Below, piece after piece: positions 10,618 through 21,380 of a stretch of 64,000 nt of DNA. Position 1 is the first letter of the stretch; each line of letters begins with the position of its first letter. A program made the position numbers and the translations under genes. The DNA lies in the NCBI GenBank assembly GCA_963845755.1, contig CAWJTV010000019.1, positions 32,001 to 96,000 of the forward strand, read 5' to 3'. The notes beneath the pieces were generated by a model, which searched no databases, was not told the DNA's origin, and saw nothing but the letters and a program-made list of their open reading frames with translations. Origin of the DNA: an uncultured Planctomycetota bacterium. GTDB taxonomy: Bacteria > Planctomycetota > Planctomycetia > Isosphaerales > Isosphaeraceae.

Positions 10618-12098
10618 GAGCGTGGCACCTCCTGAGTGTCTGCCGGCGTCGGAACCGCGTTGTGCGGGTTTTGGGCGTGGCCTCGGAGTCGAGCCACGTT
10701 CCGCGGTGTCCCGGAATGGATTCCGCAGATCTCATCCGTGCAGGGGACGTCGCGCGGCCGAGTGGCCGCAAGGTCATTGTATACCCTTCTTCCCCATATT
10801 GCGACCCCCGGTAGGTGCGCGACCGCGGCAATCGGCCAGAATAGAGGGAGACCGGCCCAGATCGATCGCACGGCATCGAACCCGGACTGGACGCGCCCCG
10901 TGGCCGAGACCACGTGCATCGACCGCAGGCAACCCTCGAGGGTCAAGTCCGGATGGATCGCACGGACATCCACCGCGGTCAGGTCAATCGGCTCGATGAC
11001 CCGGCCCGGGTCCGCCGCCGTGACCAACGCCATCGATCCCCGGCACCGCGGACACGCCCCGTCGAAGAGCACGCGCAGCGCCGGGCGGTCGCCGCCGGTC
11101 GCCAGTCCGCGCAGCCAGGGTCCGGAGATGAACGCCAGGTTCGCCGCCAGCATCACCAGGCTGAATTCCGCCAAACCCGGGTTGATGACGGCGATCCCCA
11201 GATGCATCGCCAGGGCACCGGCCAGGATCAAGGGACGCGCGATCCGGACCCAGATCAGGATCGGATACAACAGTTCCAGGGCCAGACTGAAGTGCGTCAG
11301 GAAGTTCAACACCAGGGGCCACTCCGCCATTGCCGTGAAGTTGCCCACCGCGAACTCGCCGGCGGTCATCGTCCGCCAGATCGCCATCCCGGTCCACCAC
11401 GAGGGACCTTGCAGCTTGCCCAGGCCGGCCATGGCGTAGATCACGACGAGGTGGAGCTGGATCAGCCGGAGGGACAGGTTCGCGGAGATCGTCGGGACCG
11501 GGATGCCCGGCTCCTCGGGCTCGACGCGACGGGCCATGCTCGCGCCGCCGGCCCGCGCCGGGGCGGGCGCGGCGGATGCCGATCTCGCCTGCCGCCATCG
11601 CCGCAAGAATCGGTCCAGCGATACGGCCTGGCCGCTAGCCCCCGTCACCGCCAGATACAGGGCCATCGGCGAGAGCACCTGGTCGAAACCGAACAACGCA
11701 ATCGGTAGCCGGCGCACGGTGGAGACCACGATCAACCACGCCATCACGGCAGTCCATCGGCTGAACAACCCCACGCTGTACGTCGCCAGCACCACCAGGC
11801 ATCCGATCCACGCGGGCCGGAGGGCTGCGTCGGGCACCAGGAACCAGAACGACCAGGCCGGCGCACGCTGGGCCATCCGGATCGCCGACGGCTCCGCCCA
11901 GCCATCGGCGCCGAAGTAGTCTTGCAGGTCCAGGCCGAAGACCAGCAGACTCCAGAGCGCCAGCAGGCCGACGGCCACGCGCAACAGGCCCAGCGCCGTG
12001 GGATCGGCCGGGGTGAAGAAGAAGGTGTTCCATCCGCTACGGACGGCTTGTACCAGCTCGGCCAGGTAGCGCTCGATCTCGTTCAGAAGGCGTCGCAC
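10614..12098 (-). CDS. HTTM-domain membrane protein fused to DCC1-like (DUF393) thiol-disulfide domain
   Basis: RLIQLHLVVIYAMAGLGKLQGPSWWTG, LELLYPILIW, MHLGI, then VLFDGACPRC...SMHVV...GFDA. Confidence 0.88.
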   Translation of the reverse strand: MRRLLNEIERYLAELVQAVRSGWNTFFFTPADPTALGLLRVAVGLLALWSLLVFGLDLQDYFGADGWAEPSAIRMAQRAPAWSFWFLVPDAALRPAWIGCLVVLATYSVGLFSRWTAVMAWLIVVSTVRRLPIALFGFDQVLSPMALYLAVTGASGQAVSLDRFLRRWRQARSASAAPAPARAGGASMARRVEPEEPGIPVPTISANLSLRLIQLHLVVIYAMAGLGKLQGPSWWTGMAIWRTMTAGEFAVGNFTAMAEWPLVLNFLTHFSLALELLYPILIWVRIARPLILAGALAMHLGIAVINPGLAEFSLVMLAANLAFISGPWLRGLATGGDRPALRVLFDGACPRCRGSMALVTAADPGRVIEPIDLTAVDVRAIHPDLTLEGCLRSMHVVSATGRVQSGFDAVRSIWAGLPLFWPIAAVAHLPGVAIWGRRVYNDLAATRPRDVPCTDEICGIHSGTPRNVARLRGHAQNPHNAVPTPADTQEVPRS

Positions 12099-12802
12099 GG
12101 ATAGTCTCCGATCCATTCGGGTGTCGTGAACATCCGCTCGGCGAAGAGGTCGAACCGGGCGCCACCGGGCTCGGAGATCGTTTCCCGCACCCGCTGGGGA
12201 TCGGGGATCAGATGTTGCTGGACGCGGAGAGTCACCATCCGGCACCCGGGCCGCGACCGGCACAGGTGGCGTGCGTAGGCGCGGGCCAACCGGCTCTGAC
12301 TGGCGTCCCGCGTCCGCAATTTGGCCTCCTGGACGTCGGTGTAGAGCGAGTTGGCCAGGGCCAACTGCCGCTGGTGCCGCATCCGCGGTCCGGCCAGGTC
12401 CCGGGCCGGCAACCGCACGGTCTCCTCGGGCCGCCCGTTATCATACTGGAGCGTGGCCGTGACCACCGGCGTCGGCGGCGGTTCCGCATAGTATCGGTAC
12501 GAGTATCCCATGTCCATCAAGTCGAAGTACGGCGTGAACCAGTCTGCAATTCCCTGTTCCAGCTCGGACGAGGGCGGTACGCCCACCGCGCCGGCCAGGA
12601 CGGCGGCCATGTGATACAACAGCACCAGGCTGACGGATACCCGCGCCCAGGCCGGCCACGCTCCCCGACCCGGCGCCTCCGAGTCTGCCCCGGATCCCGC
12701 CTTCGCATCCAACCGATCCTCGATCGGTTCCCCCCTCCCTCGCAGCTCGTGACGCGTCGGGGTCCGACCTTCGGACCGGCCTCGTGACTTACTCCCCATC
12801 AT
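12083..12802 (-). CDS. Hypothetical membrane-anchored protein, partner of the HTTM gene
   Basis: One TM segment, GYSYRYYAEPP motif, overlaps the HTTM start. Confidence 0.7.
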   Translation of the reverse strand: MMGSKSRGRSEGRTPTRHELRGRGEPIEDRLDAKAGSGADSEAPGRGAWPAWARVSVSLVLLYHMAAVLAGAVGVPPSSELEQGIADWFTPYFDLMDMGYSYRYYAEPPPTPVVTATLQYDNGRPEETVRLPARDLAGPRMRHQRQLALANSLYTDVQEAKLRTRDASQSRLARAYARHLCRSRPGCRMVTLRVQQHLIPDPQRVRETISEPGGARFDLFAERMFTTPEWIGDYPCDAF

Positions 12803-13408
12803 GGATCTCCAAACCTGTAACTCGACGACCGGTTCAGGACCGGGCTCGGGCCGGCTCACGGACCGGCCGGAGTCGGGAATCACGAAGCTCGCGCCAGGCG
12901 AAGGACGACGGTAGGTCCCACGATCCCCACTTCAGGACGAACGATTCATCACCGACCACCAGGTAACCATACCCGCCGGATCCCTCCTCGGCCAGCGGCT
13001 CGCCGAGTCCCGGCCCTTCGTGGTCCGGCTCCTGATCGAACCTCGCGTGTCCCATCAATCGGAGCTGGATGCGTTGGAGCGTCAGCTCGCGGTGGGAAGA
13101 AACCGCCCATGGCGCGGGCTCGCCCTCTCGATTCTTCGGCGAGCCGTCATTTGTTATCCAGTCAACTTTTTTTCGCCATTTTCACTTCTGAGCTTGAAGA
13201 TGGAGTATGATGGCTACTAGAATCTGGGTTGTCTGAGCAGAGATTACGACTTCGGGCGACTTGATGGGAAAGAGCGGGTGCATGGTCGAGCAGGCCGATG
13301 CACCCGTCTCGGGAGGCCCAGCCGTCGTTGAGGGTTGCACCAGGGTCAAGGTCGGTGCCGGTCGCGGGTTGATCGATTGTCCTCGATTTCGCAACGGGGA
13401 GAGTAGTA

Positions 13409-14116
13409 ATGCAGGGAACATTGGTAATGCTGGTGGCGCTCAGTGGACTGGGTTGCCATAACAAGGGCTGTGACGTTGCTTATGTCTCGCCGACCTACAC
13501 GAGTTGTTTCTCGGGCGGGTGCTATTCGAACTGGTATCCCGGTCCCGTGATGCCGTCGTGCTACTCCGGCTGTTACGGGGGCTGCTACGGTGGCGGCTGT
13601 TACGGTGGGTGGGGCGGGAGCGGCTTCGGCTCATGGGGCGGTGGCAGCTTCGCGTCGTGCTATGGCGGAGGTTGCTATACCGGTTTCCATCGGCGTTACG
13701 GCTGTGGACATCGTCACGGCGGGTTGTTTAGCTGCTTCCGCAAGAGGTCGGTTTGCTCGGCCTGCTGCGATTCCGGTTACGCCTATGCGGGTGTGGGATG
13801 CTACGGGGGAAGTTACGCACCCGCGGTCTTCGGCTCAGCCTTGGGGATAAGCTACGCCCCGCTCTACCCGGATTCGACGGTCCCGCAGGCCGGGACATCC
13901 GGCACGATGGCCCCGGAGCCCACCACGGCCACTCCCTCTGAGGTGACCAACCCGGTCCAGCCGTCCCAGGTCCCCTCGACGACCACGACTCCTCCGACGG
14001 AGATCGCGCCGCCTCGTCCGTCGCCATCGACGACCATTCCTCCGACGGAGATCGCGCCGGCTCGTCCGACGCCGATTACCCCCTCCGCTCCCCCACCCAA
14101 TCCTCCGAAGACCTGA
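13409..14116 (+). CDS. Exported Gly/Cys/Tyr-rich protein with Pro/Thr-rich tail
   Basis: Signal/lipobox-like LVALSGLGC, many CYGG repeats, duplicated PPTEIAP.RP.P unit (48-bp period). Confidence 0.75.
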   Translation: MQGTLVMLVALSGLGCHNKGCDVAYVSPTYTSCFSGGCYSNWYPGPVMPSCYSGCYGGCYGGGCYGGWGGSGFGSWGGGSFASCYGGGCYTGFHRRYGCGHRHGGLFSCFRKRSVCSACCDSGYAYAGVGCYGGSYAPAVFGSALGISYAPLYPDSTVPQAGTSGTMAPEPTTATPSEVTNPVQPSQVPSTTTTPPTEIAPPRPSPSTTIPPTEIAPARPTPITPSAPPPNPPKT

Positions 14117-14444
14117 TTGGCGTGCCCCGGGATGGCCGGCTCGCGGGTTTGTCCCGGCCGAGCCATCGCGTGACCGCTTTCGACGGGCTGCTCCTCATCG
14201 GGGCAGCCCGTTGTCATTCCCAAAAGACTCGCGGCGCCGTAGAGTGCAGGTGGCAGGATTCCTCCAGCCGCCTCGAGGATGACGCCGCCTCGTGTTCGGG
14301 CGATCCGGCTTCCCTCGGGTCCGCTGGTCGCTTATCCTTAACCCAGACGCGCTTTGCCGATCCCTGCCGGCCGCGCAGTCACTTGCGCCGTCGAGACACC
14401 CGGATGACCGTGAGGACCGGCCGTAATCCCGAGGATTTTGCGCG

Positions 14445-15344
14445 ATGGACGTCAGTTCGCTTTCCCACGAATCGCAGTCCGCCGGGACCGATGGGGTTTC
14501 GGCTCGGAGTCCCGATCCTTCGACCCTGATGTTCGCTGACGACGATCAGCGCAGAAACTGGCTCATCAACACCATGGGTGAGCAATTCTGCCGTAAGCTG
14601 GGGATCTACCGAATGCCCGGCGACCTGACCCTCTCGGTCGTCATTCCCGCCTACAACGAAAAGAAAACCATCCGGGAGATCCTTCGGCGGGTGAAGGCCG
14701 TGCCGATCCGCAAGGAGATCATCGTCGTCAACGACTGCTCGACCGATGGCACGCGCGAGATCCTCCGGGAGTTGAAGGAGAACGACGGCGAACTGAAGCT
14801 CATCTTCCACGAATTCAACCAGGGGAAAGGTGCCGCCCTGCGCACGGGGTTTCGCGAGGCGACCGGGCAGATCGTCATCGTCCAGGACGCCGACCTCGAG
14901 TACGACCCGGAGCAGTATTCCCAGCTCATCCAGCCGATCATCGAGGACCAGGCCGACGTGGTCTTCGGCTCCCGCTTCATCGGCGAGACGCACCGGGTTC
15001 TCTACTACTGGCACTCCCTGGCGAACAAGGGTCTCACCTTGCTCTCGAACATGTTCACGAACCTGAACCTGACCGACATGGAGGTCTGCTACAAGGTCTT
15101 CCGCCGCGAGGTGATCCAGGGGATCACGCTCAGGAGCGACCGGTTCGGGTTCGAGCCCGAGGTGACGGCCAAGGTGGCGCGGTTCACCTTCCCGGCCCGG
15201 GACGACCAGCCCCAGCGCCTCTGCCGGATCTACGAGATTCCCGTGTCCTACCACGGGCGAACCTATCGCGAAGGGAAGAAGATCGGCTTGAAGGACGGAT
15301 TCCAGGCGCTCTATTGCATCGTTCGATATGCGTTCGCCGACTGA
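14445..15344 (+). CDS. GT2 glycosyltransferase (DPM1-like)
   Basis: [42 protein letters not shown]. Confidence 0.95.
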   Translation: MDVSSLSHESQSAGTDGVSARSPDPSTLMFADDDQRRNWLINTMGEQFCRKLGIYRMPGDLTLSVVIPAYNEKKTIREILRRVKAVPIRKEIIVVNDCSTDGTREILRELKENDGELKLIFHEFNQGKGAALRTGFREATGQIVIVQDADLEYDPEQYSQLIQPIIEDQADVVFGSRFIGETHRVLYYWHSLANKGLTLLSNMFTNLNLTDMEVCYKVFRREVIQGITLRSDRFGFEPEVTAKVARFTFPARDDQPQRLCRIYEIPVSYHGRTYREGKKIGLKDGFQALYCIVRYAFAD

Positions 15345-15358
15345 GGCCGGGAGCACCC

Positions 15359-16286
15359 ATGATCGGGATCAGCCGAAGACCCAGAGCCATCCTGGCGGCG
15401 CTATTGGCGGCCGCGTCGCTGGCGACCATCCCCTTCCCGACAGCGGCCCAATCCCCGGCGCCCTCGGAGAAAGACGGGGGTTCCGGGTCGGGAGACCGCC
15501 GCCAGTCCGACCCGCCCGAGGCTTCATCCGCGTCGAAAGCCAAGACCAAGGCGAAGTCGGCCCGTGCCAAGGGCCGGGCCCGGCAGGATCCGCCCGGATT
15601 CTACATGGGCCGGCCGATCGCCGACGTCATGACGTGGCAGGCCGCGGACTGGCTCTTTCGAGAGACGCGGATCGAGGAAGAGCAGCCCGAGGCCATGCTC
15701 GACGCCCTGAAGATCCCGCGCGGGGCGACCGTGGCCGACGTCGGGGCGGGGGCCGGCTACCACAGCATCCGCCTGGCCCGCCGCGTCGGGCCCAAGGGGA
15801 TCGTCTACGCCACCGACCTTCAGGTCGAGATGCTCCGCATGCTCCGGACCAACGCCCGCGAGGCGGGCGTTACCAATATTAAGCCGGTCCGCTGCACCCA
15901 GCAGAACCCCGGTCTCCCCAAGGAGGCCATCGACCTGATCATGATGGTCAACGTCTACCACGAGTGCTCCGACCCCGAGACGACCTTGCAGGGCCTCCGG
16001 GCCGCGCTCAAGCCCAAGGGCCGCTTGGTCCTCGTCGAGTTCCGCGGCGAGGACCCCGAGGTCCCCATCAAGCCCGAGCACAAGATGACCGTCGCCCAGG
16101 TGCCGCCGCGAGGTCGAGCCCCAGGGGTTCACGTTCAAGGAGTCGCTCGAATTCCTCCCGTGGCAGCACGTCATCATCTTCGAGAAGCCGGCCGACCCGA
16201 AGAAGGGCGAGAAGTCGGGAGGCGACCAACCGAAAACCAAAGCGGCTCATGTGGGGAAAATGGTGGTGGTGGACCTCCTTTCCTGA
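15359..16286 (+). CDS. Exported class I SAM-dependent methyltransferase (frameshift near 16103)
   Basis: VADVGAGAGY motif I, VYATD, IKPEHKM; shifted tail LEFLPWQHVIIFEK. Confidence 0.88.
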
Positions 16287-16505
16287 GATGGAGTTCGTCA
16301 GGATCGGGAGCAGCCAACGTGTTCCCGCCAACACCGGCCACGGTCGCGAATCCAGACCTCGACCGGCCATCCGCTCGAAGGACTCCCACCCATTCCTCAC
16401 AGCCGCTATCTTCGGTATTCCCTGGCACAATTGACCCGACGTCCCGAACCGGATCATTCGGCACGACGCGTACAAGCCATGCCATCGCTACGACGCCGAG
16501 AGCCG

Positions 16506-16711
16506 TGGCTTCGATCTGCGGCTTTCAGGGGCCGAGACCGCTCGCTGGCTTCGATTTGAGAATTCCCGGGCTCGGACCGGCCGACTTGGCTTCGTTTCGC
16601 GTGGCAATCGGTGGTCGCGCCGCCGAAGCCACTGCCAAATCGGCAGCGGTGGCTTCGTTTCGCCCATCGCGCCGACGCGCCCGCCTGCCATTCCGGCAGA
16701 TGGCTTTGTTT
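16506..16711 (+). repeat. Array of short TGGCTT(C/T)G(A/T)T motifs
   Basis: Copies start at 16506, 16546, 16587, 16650 and 16701, plus an inverted CGAAGCCA at 16624. Confidence 0.7.
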
Positions 16712-17648
16712 CATCGCGTTCGCCGCGCCGGTTCCACTCCTTGCCGAGCGACCGGGCGGGGACGGCACGTGCAACCATCCGTGGCGGCTTGATGGTCGGG
16801 CGAGATCCCGGTGCTGTCAACCCTACTGGATGGTAGACCGTCCCGCGCCCGATCGCTCGGCCCAGGCGAATCCATCGACCGTATTGTCAAAGAGTTCGCT
16901 GGCCACAATCAACCGTCATGAAATATTACACACGATTGGGCAAACGCAAATGAGACGGAACCGTTTTTCGGGTGATCCGGTGAGACGGGGGGAAGGGATC
17001 CAATGATGGCGGGAATTCTGGTCGTATGCGACGTCGCTGTTATGAGGAATCAGGTGCCGGCGGCGATGGGGGGCGGGTCTCCGCTCCGGAGACTTACACC
17101 CTGGGACTGACCACGACGGGCCAAAGACTGACCCCGGGAAGCGGTGCCCGGAAACACGAGAATCTATCGAGGCTTCGCCTCAGCCCGACGAGACTTGTTA
17201 TCATGGATTAACGACCATAGCGCGTGACCGGCTCACGAAGACGGCATCCCGTTAAGGGTGACGGCACCATCTTCCGCGCATAACGCGATCCGTGCTCCCG
17301 GCTTTCGGGACACCGCTTTCATCAAGGCCACCGCCGTTATATGCAGTCCTCATGATCCGAGTCGTCTCGCGTTCCGCCCGCCCGGAATGCCTTCGCTTCC
17401 CTGGGGAGGGGGGGCTTGTGCGGACTATCGGACCAAGCGCCCAAACTTGACTCAAGCGGTATGAGTTTTGAAATTCAAGTGACCGAGTGTTGACCGCGAC
17501 GGGCCGACGGCTGACCGCGACGGGCCGGTTCGTCTCGGAGGGGAAACTGGGACGCGGCCAGGACGAATCAAGAACTTGCTGCGTCCCCGCTCGTTTCCAC
17601 GTCCCGGTTCGTTTCCATCTTCATCCCCGGTTCCCCGTCGTTGTATCT

Positions 17649-19151
17649 TCATCCTGTTCGGATTACGAGCGTTGAGGCGATGAAATCGTGGAGCGCCTGC
17701 TTTCTTGGCGTGAAGCCCGCCATCACGAAGCCGAACCCGAAGGTGATCCATGAGAAGGTCTTGGCGAGAAACCGGCCGAGGGCGTGACCGAACGAGATGC
17801 GACGGCCTTGGAGGTCGGTCACTTGGAGTCCCAGGGCCCTCTTGCCCAGGGTGGCCTGAGTCTTCGAGCTTTCCATCAACGTATAGTAAGCCAGAGGGCC
17901 GAACAGCATCATCACCCAGCCCAGGATCAATATGACGGGCTCGAAGGTCTGTGCCACTTCCTTAAGGCTCTTCGAAGCCTCGAGGATGCCAACGACGATC
18001 GCTGATTCTCCGAACCACAGGAGCGTCAAGACGAAGGTGTCGATGACCTTGGCCACGGCTCGCGACCAGAAACCTGCATAGCAGATCGTTCGGGCGCGGG
18101 TTTCGAACGGCTCGCCGCCGATCTTGGTCGTAGGTGCGACGTCGGGGTGTGGGCTTCCGTGAGTCTGCTGCGGTTCGTGACCAAGAGAAGGCGCGCCTTG
18201 GGTTTCGCGCGTCGAGGCGGTGGCACCATTCCCCGACGGTCCGTGGAAATTGACGTGAGCAAGCCTGATCCCAAAGCGCTCGCCCACGAGATCAGATTGC
18301 ACGAGTGGAGAAGGGTCGTGGTCGTGCACAATCAGAATCGGTACTCGATTGATCTGGCTGATCCGGATCACCTGCGACCAGCGGACGAAGCGGTGAATGT
18401 CGGCGGCTTTCCACTCACCGGTGTGGCTGAAGATCAGGATTGCCTCGTCGCCTCGCTTCGCCACGCAGGGGATGGAGAAGTAACCCAAGGGCCCATCGCC
18501 GATGGATTGAAACTCGACAGGTTCCCACCCCTCCGACTTGAGCTGTCGAACGGCATGCATCAGGTAGACGGCTTGCATCCCTTCCGGCCCGCCGCCGCCG
18601 AGAACCTGGATCAATGGTGGCACCTTCCCATCGGGTGTGGGATTGGTTGGCCAGTTGAGCCCAACAGCCCTCCCCGCGGATTCCTGGGAGGAGTCTTCGG
18701 TCTTGGGGGGTGAGGAGGGCACGGGCTTGAGTCCCATCTCGGGAATGTGTTGCTCTCGGACTCGCTTGAGCGACGTGAAAAAAGAGACAAGGCTATCCTC
18801 TTCGCCGTTGTCGATTCGCTTGGCCACCTTGCCGAGCGGGTTGCAGACGACATCGTCGGAGAGCTTGACGAGGACCGGCATGCTGGTTGCAACGCCATCG
18901 CCGGCTTGCCAGCTTCCGCCAAGATGGCGGATGATCACCTCGCCGAGATAGCAGCCGAATGTGGCGACGAGCCCCGGCATATCGTGGCTCTTTTTCTTCT
19001 CGTCATGGAACCGCTGAAGCAGCGGATCGATGGTGAGGAGACTCTGCGGAGAATAATCGAGGTCGAAGTGAAAGACTCTTGGTGCCTCGTCGACCGCGTG
19101 CGCAGCGGCCTCGGGGGCGGTTTCGGGGGTGAGCTGTTTAGTCTCGACCAC
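17649..19151 (-). CDS. Multidomain protein: DUF3806-like N-terminus and C-terminal RDD domain
   Basis: LDYSPQSL..ID, GCYLGEV..RH.GG.W, NPLGKVAK; YAGFWSRAVAKVID, QATLGKRALGL, KQALHD. AGGAG RBS before GTG 19151. Confidence 0.8.
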   Translation of the reverse strand: MVETKQLTPETAPEAAAHAVDEAPRVFHFDLDYSPQSLLTIDPLLQRFHDEKKKSHDMPGLVATFGCYLGEVIIRHLGGSWQAGDGVATSMPVLVKLSDDVVCNPLGKVAKRIDNGEEDSLVSFFTSLKRVREQHIPEMGLKPVPSSPPKTEDSSQESAGRAVGLNWPTNPTPDGKVPPLIQVLGGGGPEGMQAVYLMHAVRQLKSEGWEPVEFQSIGDGPLGYFSIPCVAKRGDEAILIFSHTGEWKAADIHRFVRWSQVIRISQINRVPILIVHDHDPSPLVQSDLVGERFGIRLAHVNFHGPSGNGATASTRETQGAPSLGHEPQQTHGSPHPDVAPTTKIGGEPFETRARTICYAGFWSRAVAKVIDTFVLTLLWFGESAIVVGILEASKSLKEVAQTFEPVILILGWVMMLFGPLAYYTLMESSKTQATLGKRALGLQVTDLQGRRISFGHALGRFLAKTFSWITFGFGFVMAGFTPRKQALHDFIASTLVIRTG

Positions 19152-19368
19152 GGTGGTACTCCTGCCCGGAGGGCATCCGGGGCTTGACCAGGTTTGCCGT
19201 TTTCTCTCTCGCGAAGGCAACCGGCGTAGGCAGGCGTGGTAAGACCCGGGTTCCGGCTTTTGACTCTCGCGCCGTCTCGGAGAATCATCCGGAACGCTGG
19301 TCTGACCCACGTGCTGGCGACGCCCCCAGGGCCAGATCCCGATGTTCCCTTGGGCTCCGGCCGTAGCA

Positions 19369-19480
19369 TCAGCGGAAGAGGCCGAGGTTCGGGAACACCT
19401 TCTTGAGCACTGCGACACCGGCGTCGGTGACGCTCGTGCGCGACACGAACAAGCCGCGAGGGTCCTTGAGAACCTTCAGG
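19369..19480 (-). pseudogene. C-terminal remnant of a leucine-rich-repeat protein
   Basis: LFVSRTSVTDAGVAVLKKVFPNL resembles planctomycete LRR C-termini; no upstream repeats remain. Confidence 0.45.
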
Positions 19481-19505
19481 GAACAAGTGGTGTTGGGAAC
19501 TAGTG

Positions 19506-19577
19506 GTGTCAGGTCGGTTTCCTGGAGAACAGGTAGTGTCAGTTCGATCTCCCGAGAGTGGGAAAGACGAACTGACA
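19506..19577. repeat. REP-like palindrome (GTGTCAG[G/T]TCG ... CGAACTGACA)
   Basis: Direct copies at 19506 and 19536; the inverted copy at 19568-19577 abuts the intron. Confidence 0.75.
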
Positions 19578-20223
19578 TTGCGCCAAGGAGCTCGGAAAAG
19601 GAGGATCGCCACAAACGTGAAACCTTTTGCAGGAACCCTGCGGGTCACCAATCCTGTCCGGTAGAGCTGGGCCAGCAGCCGGGAGCGAGTCTTGCGTGGT
19701 GGCGGGTGACCTCCACTGCGAAGTGTAGACCGCCAGGTCAAACGCTGTGTGATTGAGCCCCGAAATCATTCCTCGTGGGGAGTCCTCGTTGTTGTCAGAA
19801 GCGGGGACCGCGCCAGGCAACTTACCCATGGCCCACTCAGTGGAGCACCGGCTTACCAGCTCCGGGTTGATCCACAGCCAAGTCCTGGGCGGTTGGGGAC
19901 GAATCAGGCATACCACGATGGTATCGCCAAACGAAGGTAACGAAGTGCGGCGAGACGGACGTCGGGGAGTCGCAGTGCCCCAGAGTCGTGTGGAAGCAGG
20001 GGAACGGACCCTCCCGGACCCCGCGGAGCGAAGGGGCACCGCGTTGTGGGACCGGAGGCCGGAACCACGCGGAGGGCATCGAACCTCCGAGCGAGCCACC
20101 GCAGGGCCGATGGATCTTGCGAGGGACAGCGAATCCGCAACGTGACGAGCCGGATGCGCCTTCGACTGCGCACGTCCGGATCTGTGTGAGCCCTGGGGGA
20201 GCAATCCCCCAGGGCGACCCGGC
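19578..20223 (+). ncRNA. ORF-less group II intron (about 646 nt)
   Basis: 5' TTGCG start. Domain V GAGCCGGATGCG...CGCACGTCCGGATC (20147-20182). Domain VI hairpin GCCCTGGGGGA-GCAA-TCCCCCAGGGC then ACCCGGC. EBS1 loop TGTCAG (19793-19798) is complementary to the 5' exon CTGACA. No RT ORF. Confidence 0.88.
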
Positions 20224-20290
20224 CGAATGGCACGTTAGAAAAATATGTGTGCGATTCAGGTCTGACCCCGACGTTCCGCGACGTTCTGGT

Positions 20291-20999
20291 CTACGCAGCC
20301 CAATTTCTCACACAATTCTTCCTTCGCTGTTGTCGATAAATGACGATCCCGAGGCTGGCCAACGCCACCGATAAGAGGGTGATCGACGATGGTTCCGGTA
20401 CCATCACGGTCGACACGAAACCCATGACTCCATCACTACCGGGGATGGGGTTTCCCGAGTTGTCGAGTGGGATACTGAGAATCATCGGCTCGAACCCTTG
20501 CAGCGTAAAGGGGAGGCGCGAAGTTGTTGTCCGCGTCGCTTGATGTGCCGATTACGGTCAGGTTCGCCTCGATCAGCGATTGCGATAGGTCGTTCACGTT
20601 CAAGGTCGGAGGTGTAAGTAACGCTTCATATTCAACTGATGAGACCGCGAAAGGCGGACTCGTCAGTGCTCCGGTCGCGGGATCGGCGAAGAAGTAATTG
20701 AGCGTCAGAGTTGTACCCAGTTGTTCTGGTGAATACTGCAAGACCGGGTAAGTTGCCGCAAGCGAGCCTTGACCCACAGCCGGAAGGTTCGCCTGCGCGC
20801 TCGTCAAGTAGTATTTGTCCCAGTTTGCCCTGATCATTGCCACTTCCTGCCTAGCCGTCAAGTTCTTGAGCGCCGTGTCAATGACAACAGCCGCATTATC
20901 GACGACTGTGTCCCAGTAACCCGCTGCCATGGCGCCCGTCGGAGCCGAGGCAATTGCCATCGAGACCACCGCCATCAAACCGAGTTGGCGCACGTTCAT
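20291..20999 (-). CDS. PEP-CTERM sorting-domain protein 1 (frameshift near 20515)
   Basis: Signal peptide, AGGAG RBS, C-terminal VPEPSSITLL, TM segment and RQQRRK. Confidence 0.85.
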
Positions 21000-21380
21000 G
21001 GATATTTCTCCTGAAAGAACAGAATTCTCAAAATCGTGGGGACGTCGGGGTCAGACCAGGTTTCGGGGGGCGCCGGAGGTCAGACCTGGTTTCCAGTTTT
21101 TTCACGTGAAAACACGTGAACCATTCGGCGTTCCCGTTGCTACTCCAGCCGAGGTCGGAAACGCCGGTTGATTGACATGGGCCACCGACGTCACGGTGGC
21201 GGAGAACCCAGTCGAACCGGCAAGAGAACGGTTCGGTCGGTCGAAGCTCTGCGTTGTCGCGGTCGCCGTCGGATCTTGAGGCCGTCGTCGATTCGGTCGG
21301 TCAAATCGAAACGCCTGCTGGAATCCGGACCGCGAAGCGGACGGGTGTCGGGAGATGCTGCCGAACGGCTCGCATGCCCT

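Noticed and set aside
16506..16711. CRISPR array
   Set aside because: The repeat is only about 10 bp and the spacing is irregular.
17420..17640. Possible IS terminus (TTGACTCAAGCGGTATGAG) and short tandem repeats (TGACCGCGACGGGCCG twice)
   Set aside because: No transposase, partner IR or target duplication is visible, so it cannot be supported.
18935..20204. Minus-strand ORFs 18935..19741 and 19539..20204 as genes or an intron-encoded protein
   Set aside because: Antisense to the intron RNA; no RT (YADD) or maturase motifs.
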